From an uncultured Peptostreptococcus sp. (lineage in GTDB: Bacteria > Bacillota > Clostridia > Peptostreptococcales > Peptostreptococcaceae), in the NCBI GenBank assembly GCA_900759325.1, contig CAAEUW010000025.1, positions 16,057 through 80,056 of the forward strand: a stretch of DNA of 64,000 bases. The letters run 5' to 3'. Under the pieces are notes generated by a model. That model did not search any database. It saw only the letters and a list, made by a program, of their open reading frames with translations, and was not told the origin of the DNA. A program made the translations under genes and the position numbers. Below, one piece after another: positions 20,990-32,138 of this stretch. The stretch's first letter is position 1; each line of letters starts with the position of its first letter.

Positions 20990-21277
20990 ATGGAAGAACT
21001 AAATGTAAATGCCCAGTCTCTAGTAGATTATGCGAATATACTAAAGGCCATAGCTCATCCAGCTAGGCTGTGCATAGTAAAGGGCTTGGTTAAGGATGGT
21101 CCTAGCAATGTATCCAACATGCACGTCTGTCTAGAGCTTGCCCAGTCAACAGTTTCCCAGCACCTATCAAAGCTCAAGGCAGCAGGTATTATCAAGGGTG
21201 ATAGGAATGGTACAGAAATCATTTATTCCATAGATAATGATTTTGTGGCCGATATAGTAAAGACTATGAAGGAATAA
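20990..21277 (+). CDS. ArsR/SmtB family regulator
   Basis: LKAIAHPARL, QSTVSQHLSKLK and RNGTEIIY; RBS GGAGG. Confidence 0.9.
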   Translation: MEELNVNAQSLVDYANILKAIAHPARLCIVKGLVKDGPSNVSNMHVCLELAQSTVSQHLSKLKAAGIIKGDRNGTEIIYSIDNDFVADIVKTMKE

Positions 21278-21429
21278 TATAGTTAAGAAATACTGTGAAG
21301 GACTAAAGATTATTTAAGAAAGGTTATGAAGGATTAAATTCAAGGCTTGGTTAGGTGAATCAAGGCTTGACCACATGCTTTAGCTTGTGAAATGAAAGTA
21401 TCAACTTATAAGATTGAGAGGAGAAAAAT

Positions 21430-23157
21430 ATGAAAAAGATACTGATTGTAGGTGGAGTTGCAGGTGGAGCAACAGTAGCGGCTAGATTGAGAAGACTAGA
21501 TGAAACAGCTAATATTATAATGTTTGAGAGAGGTGAATACATCTCTTTTGCCAACTGTGGTCTACCATACTATATAGGCCAGGTAATAACTGAGAGAGAT
21601 GCCCTACTAGTACAGACTGTGGAGGGTATGAGTAAGAGGTTTAATCTAGATATAAGAAACTTCAGTGAAGTTACTGCTATAGATCCTGACAAGAAGGAAG
21701 TTACAGTCAAGAATGTGCAGACAGGACAAGAATACAAGGAGTCATATGATGAATTGATTCTTTCGCCAGGTGCCAATCCAGTCAAGCCTCCAATTCCAGG
21801 ACTTGCAGATGCTGATAATGTATTTACCCTTAGAAATATACCGGATACAGATGCTATCAAGGCCTTTGTGGATCAAAAACAGCCTAAGGAAGCAGTAGTA
21901 ATCGGTGGTGGCTTTATAGGAATAGAAATGGCTGAAAACTTGGTTGAAAGAGGAGTTAAGGTCCACCTGGTAGAAATGCTTGACCAGGTAATGGCTCCAT
22001 TCGATTTTGAAATGGCCCAGATCCTTCATGCCCACATGATAGACCACGGAGTTGACCTAGTATTGGGAGATGGTGTAGATTCTTTCAAAGACAATGGCAA
22101 TACTATTGTATTAAAGAGCGGTAGGGAAATACATACAGACCTGACTATCCTATCGATAGGTGTTAAGCCTGAAAATGAATTGGCTGTATCTGCCGGCCTA
22201 GAAATGGGACCTAGGGGTCATATAAAGGTAAATGACAAGCTAGAAACTTCTAAGCCACATATATATGCCCTTGGTGACGCTATAGAAACTCAGGATAGGA
22301 TATACGGTCAGCCAGCAAGTATAGCCCTAGCATCTCCAGCCAATAGACAGGCAAGAATTTTAGCCGACATTTTAAACGGTATAGACGTAAGATATAAGGG
22401 TGCCTTGGGTACGTCTGTTGCCAAGGTATTTGATATGACTGCATCGTCAACAGGTAAGAATGAAAAGAACCTTAGGCAGATGGGTATAGACAACTACAAG
22501 GTAGTTCACCTTCACCCATTGTCAAATGCAGGTTACTACCCAACAGCAATGCCACTTGATTTCAAACTAATTTTTGAAGTACCAAGTGGAAGGATTTTAG
22601 GAGCCCAGGCAGTTGGTTATACGGGGGTTGAAAAGAGAATAGATGTAATAGCTACAGCTATAGCAGGAGGACTTACAGTTAGGGATTTAGAGGATGTAGA
22701 GTTGGCCTACGCACCACCATTCTCATCAGCTAAGGACCCAGTAAATATGGCTGGTTATGTAGCTACAAATATACTTGATGGCCTAGTGAAGACAGTTACA
22801 GTTGACAAGATAGATGATTTGCTTGCCCAGGGAGCCTTCTTAATAGATGTTAGGACACCAGAGGAATATGAGCTTGGTTCTATAGAAGGGGCAATCAATA
22901 TACCATTAGACGAGTTGAGAGATAGGCTTGATGAAATACCTAAGGACAAGGATGTATATATAACGTGCCAGGTAGGTCTAAGAGGCTACTTATCTACTAG
23001 AATCCTTACTCAGAATGGATATAGGCCAATCAACCTTGATGGTGGCTATAGCTCATACTCACAGTTGAAGCTAAATGTAAATAAGGATTCAAATGCTGAT
23101 AGCCTTGGTGGTTTGGGGATTGCTTGTACAGATAACTCAGATGTAATAAAGAAGTAG
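21430..23157 (+). CDS. CoA-disulfide reductase with C-terminal rhodanese domain
   Basis: GGVAGGA, SFANCGLPY, GGGFIG and YAPPFS; rhodanese DVRTPEE and CQVGLRG. Confidence 0.92.
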   Translation: MKKILIVGGVAGGATVAARLRRLDETANIIMFERGEYISFANCGLPYYIGQVITERDALLVQTVEGMSKRFNLDIRNFSEVTAIDPDKKEVTVKNVQTGQEYKESYDELILSPGANPVKPPIPGLADADNVFTLRNIPDTDAIKAFVDQKQPKEAVVIGGGFIGIEMAENLVERGVKVHLVEMLDQVMAPFDFEMAQILHAHMIDHGVDLVLGDGVDSFKDNGNTIVLKSGREIHTDLTILSIGVKPENELAVSAGLEMGPRGHIKVNDKLETSKPHIYALGDAIETQDRIYGQPASIALASPANRQARILADILNGIDVRYKGALGTSVAKVFDMTASSTGKNEKNLRQMGIDNYKVVHLHPLSNAGYYPTAMPLDFKLIFEVPSGRILGAQAVGYTGVEKRIDVIATAIAGGLTVRDLEDVELAYAPPFSSAKDPVNMAGYVATNILDGLVKTVTVDKIDDLLAQGAFLIDVRTPEEYELGSIEGAINIPLDELRDRLDEIPKDKDVYITCQVGLRGYLSTRILTQNGYRPINLDGGYSSYSQLKLNVNKDSNADSLGGLGIACTDNSDVIKK

Positions 23158-23295
23158 GCTAAAGCTAGATATCAAGGTCTACACTATGGATATTTTGAGG
23201 TTCTATATACAAAAACATAAAAAAAGCTTGAAAAATTTCTTATTCAAGGTATAATGGAAAGGTAGTGTAAAAAATCCAATGTAAGGAGATCCATT

Positions 23296-23514
23296 ATGAA
23301 AGATAAGACTAGACAGATTCGAGAAATGAATTTTTCAAGCATCGAAAGAAAGAAAGTTTTTGAAGCCAAGCAGAGGATAGCCGTTGAAAAGTTCGGCAAT
23401 ATGTTTGAGGATGATACCTTCTTTGCTCTTGAACTAGAGTTAAATGTTGATCTAAGGAAAGACTTAGACAAAGAGTACGATGTTAGATACAATTTGAATA
23501 GAAAAATGAATTAG
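23296..23514 (+). CDS. Small hypothetical protein (72 aa), monocistronic
   Basis: Promoter TTGAAA(23228)-N16-TATAAT(23250), RBS AAGGAG and a terminator at 23543-23574. Confidence 0.75.
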   Translation: MKDKTRQIREMNFSSIERKKVFEAKQRIAVEKFGNMFEDDTFFALELELNVDLRKDLDKEYDVRYNLNRKMN

Positions 23515-23542
23515 AATTAGTAATATCCATAGACTTAAAAAT

Positions 23543-23574
23543 GGGGTCAGGCTTGTATAGCCTGTCCTCTTTTT
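23543..23574 (+). terminator. Intrinsic terminator
   Basis: GGGGTCAGGCT...AGCCTGTCCTC followed by a T-tract. Confidence 0.65.
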
Positions 23575-23598
23575 CGTATAAAAGGTCTTGGAGTAAAT

Positions 23599-23640
23599 AA
23601 AAAGGGCACTACACGACCAAACGTCAGGTGTAATGCCCTT
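23599..23640 (-). terminator. Terminator of the HEAT-Nudix operon
   Basis: Minus strand AAGGGCATTACAC...GTGTAGTGCCCTT followed by T residues. Confidence 0.7.
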
Positions 23641-23742
23641 AAAGGTGACTAGCTATATAATAAGTCAGTCCCTATATTTAGAGTTGTATATAAGTACTCC
23701 TCTTATCTTCAAGCAAGTGAAGATATACAAATATATGAAGTA

Positions 23743-24165
23743 TTATTTTTCGTCGTTTTTCTTGTAGTTCTTATACTTCTTATAAGAAACATCCACTAGA
23801 GATTTTTCTTTGCTATGTGTCAACATTTCTAGTGCTTCGGATACCTTATAGAAGCCACCGCCCATAAATTCACCAGTTAAGGCAACATCAGGCTTAGGAG
23901 ATTCCATAACATACCACATAATTGCATTGCATACTCTCTGGTTTCTACTCCTTGAGAAAAATTCATATATAGTATCACCAGCTATATCAAGTATTTTAGC
24001 ATCAACACCAGTCTCAAATTTTACCCTATCAATTGCACTTTCATGAGGTAAACCATCGCCAATAATCTTACCCTTAGGTAAAGTCCATTCGCCCTTATCA
24101 TTCTCAACTAGTAGAACCTTATTTGCGTAAAAAACAACACCACCAGAACAACGTCTCACTATCAT
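23743..24165 (-). CDS. Nudix-fold protein with a degenerate Nudix box
   Basis: SGGVVF...VLLV...WTLPKG...ETG fold signature; most Nudix-box acidic residues are absent. Confidence 0.8.
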   Translation of the reverse strand: MIVRRCSGGVVFYANKVLLVENDKGEWTLPKGKIIGDGLPHESAIDRVKFETGVDAKILDIAGDTIYEFFSRSRNQRVCNAIMWYVMESPKPDVALTGEFMGGGFYKVSEALEMLTHSKEKSLVDVSYKKYKNYKKNDEK

Positions 24166-24221
24166 TTTGAATCCCTCCAGTTTAATAAGTAATATTACTG
24201 TACCACGCATCTACGTGGCTA

Positions 24222-24899
24222 TTATTTGATTTTGTACTTGAAATATAGTTTGTCCAAAGAAAGGACACAGGCCCTAATCACGTATTCCTTTTCAAAATCT
24301 GTCTTGTTTTTAATAACATTTTCTAAGACTTTTATACTGTTCCTATTTCCGATATCTCCTAAGAATTTTGCACAATACTGTCTGATTTGAGGATTGTCAT
24401 CCATAAGTCCCATCTCTATAACAGAGGCACTAGTCGAGCTGCCAATTTTACCTATGGCTGAGTAGGCTATCCTCCTAAGATTTGAGTGGCCTTTTTGAGT
24501 TAGGGGATAGAGGATATTTAAAAACCTGTCATCCCTAAATTCTCCAACGGTCCAGACTAGAACCATCAAATCATCAACATTATTAAGCTTTAAGATACCT
24601 TTATAGACCTGTCTTTTAAAAGCATTTTTATCATTATCAGATAAATTTTCCAAAAACTCAAGGCGCTCTTCCTTAGTCAAGGTAAGGTAGTCCATGATTA
24701 CATCGCAGTCACTACCCTTTTTGCTTTCCTGTTTTGACTTACGAATTTCAGTCTTGGCAGCAATCAGCTGTAGGTTGACCTCATCTTGTGACATATTCCT
24801 TACTCTTGCTATCTGAGGTACAGTTAGCGAGTCTCTATAAAGGAGATAAGTTATAAAGTAATCCTCAAGGTTGTCGACATTATCCCATCCTATTACCAA
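24222..24899 (-). CDS. HEAT-repeat protein with N-terminal HTH-like segment
   Basis: HEAT units LRRIAYSAIGKIG, PQIRQYCAKFLGDIG and YVIRAC; N-terminal LTVPQIARVRNMS; TTG start after AGGAGG. Confidence 0.8.
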   Translation of the reverse strand: MVIGWDNVDNLEDYFITYLLYRDSLTVPQIARVRNMSQDEVNLQLIAAKTEIRKSKQESKKGSDCDVIMDYLTLTKEERLEFLENLSDNDKNAFKRQVYKGILKLNNVDDLMVLVWTVGEFRDDRFLNILYPLTQKGHSNLRRIAYSAIGKIGSSTSASVIEMGLMDDNPQIRQYCAKFLGDIGNRNSIKVLENVIKNKTDFEKEYVIRACVLSLDKLYFKYKIK

Positions 24900-24973
24900 G
24901 TTTGTCCCCTCCTTAATGATTTCTAGGCCTGGTGAGAACTAGTACTACCAGGGTCTAAAAATTATATTATAAT

Positions 24974-25003
24974 CTTATTCTATAAAAGTATACGATTTCC
25001 TTT
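24974..25003 (-). promoter_or_regulatory. SigH-type promoter
   Basis: Minus strand AAAGGAAAT-N14-GAATAAG matches the SigH pattern AGGAWWT-N12-14-GAAT. Confidence 0.55.
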
Positions 25004-25172
25004 TTATTGATAGAAATTCTTTATAAAATTTTTAAAATATTCCGAAATATTCAACGATTTGATTTAGAAATATTTACTAGAAATGCATTACTTGACAGAT
25101 AATCAGCCACTTTGTCAAAAAAAATCACTTATATGTGGTATAATAAGAATATTGAATGAAAGGGGTGTTTTG

Positions 25173-25814
25173 GTGGATACATACAGGACGATACACGACT
25201 ATGGTACAGACCAGGTAACAATAGAAAAGTCCCTTTTCATCGGTTATGCCAAGCCGGTTGAAAGTGAAGAGGAAGCGAGGGCTTTTATAGCCGAAATTAG
25301 CACCAAACACAAGGATGCTACACACAATGTTTGGGCCTATGTGATTGGACAAAATATGAATATACAGAGATATAGTGATGATGGCGAACCCCAAGGTACT
25401 GCCGGAATACCTACCCTAGAGGTTATAAAAAAGGAAGGACTATGCAATGTTGTAGTAGTAGGCACCCGTTATTTTGGTGGAATCAAGCTGGGGGCAGGAG
25501 GACTAGTTCGTGCCTACACTAAGACTGCAAAGATAGGCCTTGATGCAGGTCAGATAGTTGAGAAAATGCCCTTTATTGAAGTGGCTATCGGCTTGGACTA
25601 CACACTATTGGGCAAGGCTCAAAATGAGCTGGCCAACAGGGGCTACCACGTAAAGGATATAGAGTATACAGATAGTGTAAACATTATAATTAACTGTGAA
25701 GAAGACAGGTTAGGAGACCTCAAGGCCCTGTTCATAGAATTGACTAGTGGCCAGGCCCAAATAGAGGAGAGAGGAAGCTTTTACCAGTCTGTGAAGGACG
25801 GAAAAATTTTATAG
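25173..25814 (+). CDS. YigZ/IMPACT family protein
   Basis: IEKSLFI, DATHNVWAY, SDDGEPQGTAG and RYFGGIKLGAGGLVRAY. Confidence 0.93.
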   Translation: MDTYRTIHDYGTDQVTIEKSLFIGYAKPVESEEEARAFIAEISTKHKDATHNVWAYVIGQNMNIQRYSDDGEPQGTAGIPTLEVIKKEGLCNVVVVGTRYFGGIKLGAGGLVRAYTKTAKIGLDAGQIVEKMPFIEVAIGLDYTLLGKAQNELANRGYHVKDIEYTDSVNIIINCEEDRLGDLKALFIELTSGQAQIEERGSFYQSVKDGKIL

Positions 25815-25863
25815 CTATAAATTTGCAAGTATAAAAATATGACTAAATTAATTGGAGGATTTT

Positions 25864-26622
25864 ATGTTGACTAGAAGACAGCAGATAGACAAGACTGTAG
25901 AATGGATAAGGGCAAAGGTTGAGGAAGCCCATTGTAGGGGGGTAGTAGTGGGCGTATCAGGTGGTATAGATTCAGCTGTAGTTGCCTACCTAATCAAGGA
26001 AGCCTTTCCTGACAATTCCATGGGTGTGATAATGAACATTAAGAGTAACCCCCAGGACAAGATTGATGGTATGAAGGTTATAGATGGGTGTGGTATTGAA
26101 TACCTAGAATTTGACCTTGACCAGCCACAGATAGAAATTTTAAATATGGTGACTAATAAGCTTAAGGACAAGGACCTTTATAGGGAAGAAGCCTTAAAGA
26201 TGACAGATGCCAATCTTAGGGCCAGGATCAGGATGTCTACAGTCTATACAGTGGCCAACAACCTAGGCTACCTAGTAGCAGGAACTGATAATGCTGCAGA
26301 AATACACACAGGCTACTTTACAAAGCATGGTGATGGGGGTGTAGACTTCCTACCGATAGCCAACCTTACAAAGGGTGAGGTATTTGAATGGGCCAAGGAA
26401 TTGGGCATCCATGAGGACTTAATCAATAAGGCCCCATCAGCAGGCCTATGGGAAGGTCAGACAGATGAGAGTGAAATGGGGACTAGCTACAAGTACATAG
26501 ATATGGTTCTTGAGGGCAAGGCTGACCAGGTCCCTGAAAAGGACAGGGCCATAATAGAGAGGCTACATAGGGTTAGTGAGCACAAGAGGGTTCCAGCAGC
26601 AAGACCACCAATTTTCGAATAA
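25864..26622 (+). CDS. nadE: NH3-dependent NAD+ synthetase
   Basis: GVSGGIDSA, NLRARIRM, GYFTKHGDG and KAPSAGLW. Confidence 0.95.
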   Translation: MLTRRQQIDKTVEWIRAKVEEAHCRGVVVGVSGGIDSAVVAYLIKEAFPDNSMGVIMNIKSNPQDKIDGMKVIDGCGIEYLEFDLDQPQIEILNMVTNKLKDKDLYREEALKMTDANLRARIRMSTVYTVANNLGYLVAGTDNAAEIHTGYFTKHGDGGVDFLPIANLTKGEVFEWAKELGIHEDLINKAPSAGLWEGQTDESEMGTSYKYIDMVLEGKADQVPEKDRAIIERLHRVSEHKRVPAARPPIFE

Positions 26623-26718
26623 GGTATATTAACGAATAAGAAAATTTGTGATATAATGTTTGAGGATAATCCGTATAAAGTGTTTTAAATATATAAATAA
26701 GTAATAAGGAGTGAAATT

Positions 26719-27441
26719 ATGGGTCGTATTCATAATATTGAAGGAAGAAAAAATAAGCAGGACGCAGCAAGATCGAATGTATTTACTAAGCATGCAAGGG
26801 CCATTGCAGTTGCAGCCAGAGAGGGTGGAGGAGATCCAGAATACAATGCATCTCTAAAGGCAGCCATAGTAAAGGCAAAGTCAGACAACATGCCTAATGA
26901 TAATATAGACAGGGCCATCAAAAAGGGTGTAGGTGGCGGTGAAGGCGAAAACTATGAGTCAATAACTTATGAAGGTTATGGACCAGGTGGCGTAGCCATA
27001 ATCGTTGAGACCTTGACTGACAACAAGAACAGGACAGCCGGTAATGTAAGATACTACTTTGACAAGAACAATGGTAACTTGGGAACTCCAGGTTGCGTAT
27101 CATTTATGTTCGATAGGAAGGGACAGATCTTTATAGCTGCAGATGAAGCAGATGAAGATGAGTTGATGGAAATATCTCTAGACCTAGGTGCAGAAGACTT
27201 TATAGCTGAAGAGGTTGGCTACGAAATATTGACTGCTCCAGAAGACTTCAATGAAGTAAGAGATGGGCTAGAGGCAAAGGGCTACAAGTTCTTGGCAGCT
27301 GACGTTAAGTTGATACCTCAGACTACAAGTGTCCTAGAAGAAGAGGGCCAGATCAGGTCTATGGAAAAGCTATTAGACGTACTAGAAGAAGATGATGATG
27401 TACAGAATGTACACCACAACTGGGAAATGCCTGAAGCATAG
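26719..27441 (+). CDS. YebC/PmpR (TACO1) family protein
   Basis: [26 protein letters not shown] and DDVQNV. Confidence 0.95.
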   Translation: MGRIHNIEGRKNKQDAARSNVFTKHARAIAVAAREGGGDPEYNASLKAAIVKAKSDNMPNDNIDRAIKKGVGGGEGENYESITYEGYGPGGVAIIVETLTDNKNRTAGNVRYYFDKNNGNLGTPGCVSFMFDRKGQIFIAADEADEDELMEISLDLGAEDFIAEEVGYEILTAPEDFNEVRDGLEAKGYKFLAADVKLIPQTTSVLEEEGQIRSMEKLLDVLEEDDDVQNVHHNWEMPEA

Positions 27442-27446
27442 GAAGG

Positions 27447-27734
27447 ATGGCTATGGAAAATATGAACATAGGTCAGGAATTTGACGTAAGGAAGTATGAT
27501 ATGTCTATGTACCAGATAGGTACATTTGTCTTTAACTATAGGGAAGAGGAAGAGGATGGAGAAAAGTTTGTTGAAATAGATGTTTACAAGCTTAGCCACC
27601 CAGTGGTTCTATACATAAAGACTTACAGGGCCCCTCATTTCGAGGAAACTCAGCCTGTAGGTGTTTGTGAAGCCCTATATGAAGAGTTCTACCTATCAGC
27701 AGACCAGGAGTCTGAAGAAGGTCAGGAGTCATAA
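27447..27734 (+). CDS. Acidic hypothetical protein (95 aa)
   Basis: Starts 5 bp after yebC, host-like codon use, terminator follows. Confidence 0.7.
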   Translation: MAMENMNIGQEFDVRKYDMSMYQIGTFVFNYREEEEDGEKFVEIDVYKLSHPVVLYIKTYRAPHFEETQPVGVCEALYEEFYLSADQESEEGQES

Positions 27735-27747
27735 GAGTTAATTTTTT

Positions 27748-27774
27748 GAGGTTGGTAAATACCAACCTCTTTTT
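27748..27774 (+). terminator. Intrinsic terminator
   Basis: GAGGTTGGT-AAAT-ACCAACCTC-TTTTT. Confidence 0.85.
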
Positions 27775-27891
27775 ATCTTAAAAGTTTTCAATAATTTTAG
27801 TAATTTTTGAATCTTTTTATCTATTGTGTTTAAAATTCTACTAATTTGATGTATAATAAAAAAAGTGAGATATAATTATAGGGGGGTTATT

Positions 27892-29079
27892 ATGACTAAT
27901 AATACAGCTTTATCGAATCTTAAAATCCTAGATTTTACCACTCTATTGCCAGGTCCATATGCAACTCTAATGCTTGCAGATATGGGTGCTGAAGTATTGA
28001 AGGTAAGTTCAAAATCAAAGGTAGACCTGGTTTACAATATGGGGGCTTTTGATGAAGAGATAGGATTGAGTGCTAACCAGCTATGGCTTAACAGGAATAA
28101 GAAAACCATTTCCTTAAACCTAAAATCACCTAAGGCCATAGAAATCATCAAGGAATTGATTAAGGAATACGACATAGTTATTGAGCAATTCAGGCCGGGT
28201 GTAATGAAGAAGCTAGGCCTATCATATGAAGATCTTTCAAAGATCAATCCAAAGCTTATATACTGCTCAATATCTTCTTATGGTAACTCGGGTCCAGCTA
28301 TGAACAAGGCAGGTCACGACTGTAACTTCTTGGCCCTAAGTGGTCTCCTATCTGTAGCAGGTAGAAAGTCTACTGGACCATCTCTAATGAGTACACAGCT
28401 AGGGGATATAGCAGGTGGTGCCCTACATTCAGTAGTGGGTATCCTAGCAGCTGTGAATTACAGGGAGTTGAGCGGCAAGGGCCAGTATATAGACATATCT
28501 ATGATGGATACAATAATACCTATGAATACCTTTGAGGGTACATCCTTCTTGATGGATGGCAAGAAGAGGGAAAGAGAAGGCTTCGAACTAAATGGTAAGG
28601 GTATATACGACATATATGAAACTTCTGACAAGGAGTACATAAGTGTTGGGTCTCTAGAGCCTAAGTTCCTAAAGAAGTTGGCTGAGTCAGTTGGCCTACT
28701 AGAACTACTAGAAGTAGGACCTACTCCAGACGATGGTGGGGTTTTAAAGGCTAGATTGACTGAAATTATTAAGTCTAAGCCTCTTGCCCATTGGAACCAG
28801 GTATTTGGTGACTTAGATGCTTGTATTGAACCAGTCCTAGACTTTGACCAGGCCTTCAATCATGAACCTCAAATCAAGGCTAGAGAAATGATAGTAGAGG
28901 TGGACGCAGGTAAAAAGAAGGTTCGCCAGTTTGCTATGCCTATTAAATTCTCTGAAGCAGATGTATTATATAGGCATGCGGGTAAGGAAATAGGTCATGA
29001 TACCCAGGATGTACTAAAAAAGCTAGGCTATAATGACTCAGAGATTGCCGCTATGGATTCTGAGGAAGTATTTAAATAG
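27892..29079 (+). CDS. CaiB/BaiF family III CoA-transferase (racemase-like motif set)
   Basis: LLPGPYATLMLADMGAEV, NRNKK, EQFRPGV, AGHDCNF and LGDIAGG. Confidence 0.9.
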   Translation: MTNNTALSNLKILDFTTLLPGPYATLMLADMGAEVLKVSSKSKVDLVYNMGAFDEEIGLSANQLWLNRNKKTISLNLKSPKAIEIIKELIKEYDIVIEQFRPGVMKKLGLSYEDLSKINPKLIYCSISSYGNSGPAMNKAGHDCNFLALSGLLSVAGRKSTGPSLMSTQLGDIAGGALHSVVGILAAVNYRELSGKGQYIDISMMDTIIPMNTFEGTSFLMDGKKREREGFELNGKGIYDIYETSDKEYISVGSLEPKFLKKLAESVGLLELLEVGPTPDDGGVLKARLTEIIKSKPLAHWNQVFGDLDACIEPVLDFDQAFNHEPQIKAREMIVEVDAGKKKVRQFAMPIKFSEADVLYRHAGKEIGHDTQDVLKKLGYNDSEIAAMDSEEVFK

Positions 29080-29144
29080 GGACTTGCCAGCAAGGCTAGT
29101 TCAATTTATCTTCTACATAAATTTTTAAATAAATAGTATATAAT

Positions 29145-29190
29145 ACCGGCTATATGACTAGATTATCATGATCATATAGCCGGTTTTTTT
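29145..29190 (+). terminator. Intrinsic terminator
   Basis: ACCGGCTATATGA...TCATATAGCCGGT followed by a T-tract. Confidence 0.85.
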
Positions 29191-29306
29191 AATATATTTA
29201 AACTTTAGTCCCAATATAATGGATATTTAAAGGATAATGGTTTATAATTTATATATCAAATATCTTGAGTAAAAATTTAAATATATAGAAAGGTAAGGAG
29301 AATAAT

Positions 29307-29771
29307 ATGAAAATTGGAGATAAGGCACCAGATTTTAAATTAATGGACAAGGATAATAATGAAGTAACCTTAAGTCAGTTTAGGGGCAAGAAGGTAATTT
29401 TGTATTTTTATCCAAAGGACAATACACCAGGTTGCACTAAGCAGGCTTGCAACTTTAGGGACAACTACCCACAGATAGTAGCCAAGGGGGCAGAGGTAAT
29501 AGGTATCAGCAAGGATAGCGCTAAGACTCATACAAACTTTGCAACTAAGCACGAGCTACCATTTATACTTTTATCTGATCCAGATGCAAAGGTAATAGAG
29601 GCCTATGGGGTTTGGAAGGAAAAGAAAATGTACGGAAAGACCTTCCTAGGTATAGAAAGAACAACTTTCTTGATAGACGAAGAGGGCATAATAGTAGATA
29701 TAGTAAATGGCAAGAGGATGAAGGCTGCTACAAATGCAGATGATATAATGGCCGGAGACTTTTTGGGATAG
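29307..29771 (+). CDS. bcp: Thioredoxin-dependent thiol peroxidase
   Basis: YFYPKDNTPGCTKQAC and ERTTFLID. Confidence 0.94.
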   Translation: MKIGDKAPDFKLMDKDNNEVTLSQFRGKKVILYFYPKDNTPGCTKQACNFRDNYPQIVAKGAEVIGISKDSAKTHTNFATKHELPFILLSDPDAKVIEAYGVWKEKKMYGKTFLGIERTTFLIDEEGIIVDIVNGKRMKAATNADDIMAGDFLG

Positions 29772-29909
29772 GTAGAAAAGACGGTATGTATCCTAAAGAA
29801 CTCCTAGCTTGGACATAGGTATAAGTATATAATGCGAAGTTTTTATAATATAAAGGATATTATAGCAGCTAGAGTCTTAAGTATATATACTATTAATGAT
29901 TATAAATAG

Positions 29910-32030
<2,121 letters not shown>

Positions 32031-32138
32031 GCCTTGATATTTTTAAGATTTATTTGAGCTTAGGGGTATATCCTTATATATAGAATAAATTGCTTGATTA
32101 TATAATCAGGCTGAATATAGATGAAAAGAGGGGATTTA

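Noticed and set aside
25020..25055. CodY-like boxes (also near 37733 and 51150)
   Set aside because: They have 3-4 mismatches in very AT-rich DNA and cannot be told from background by eye.
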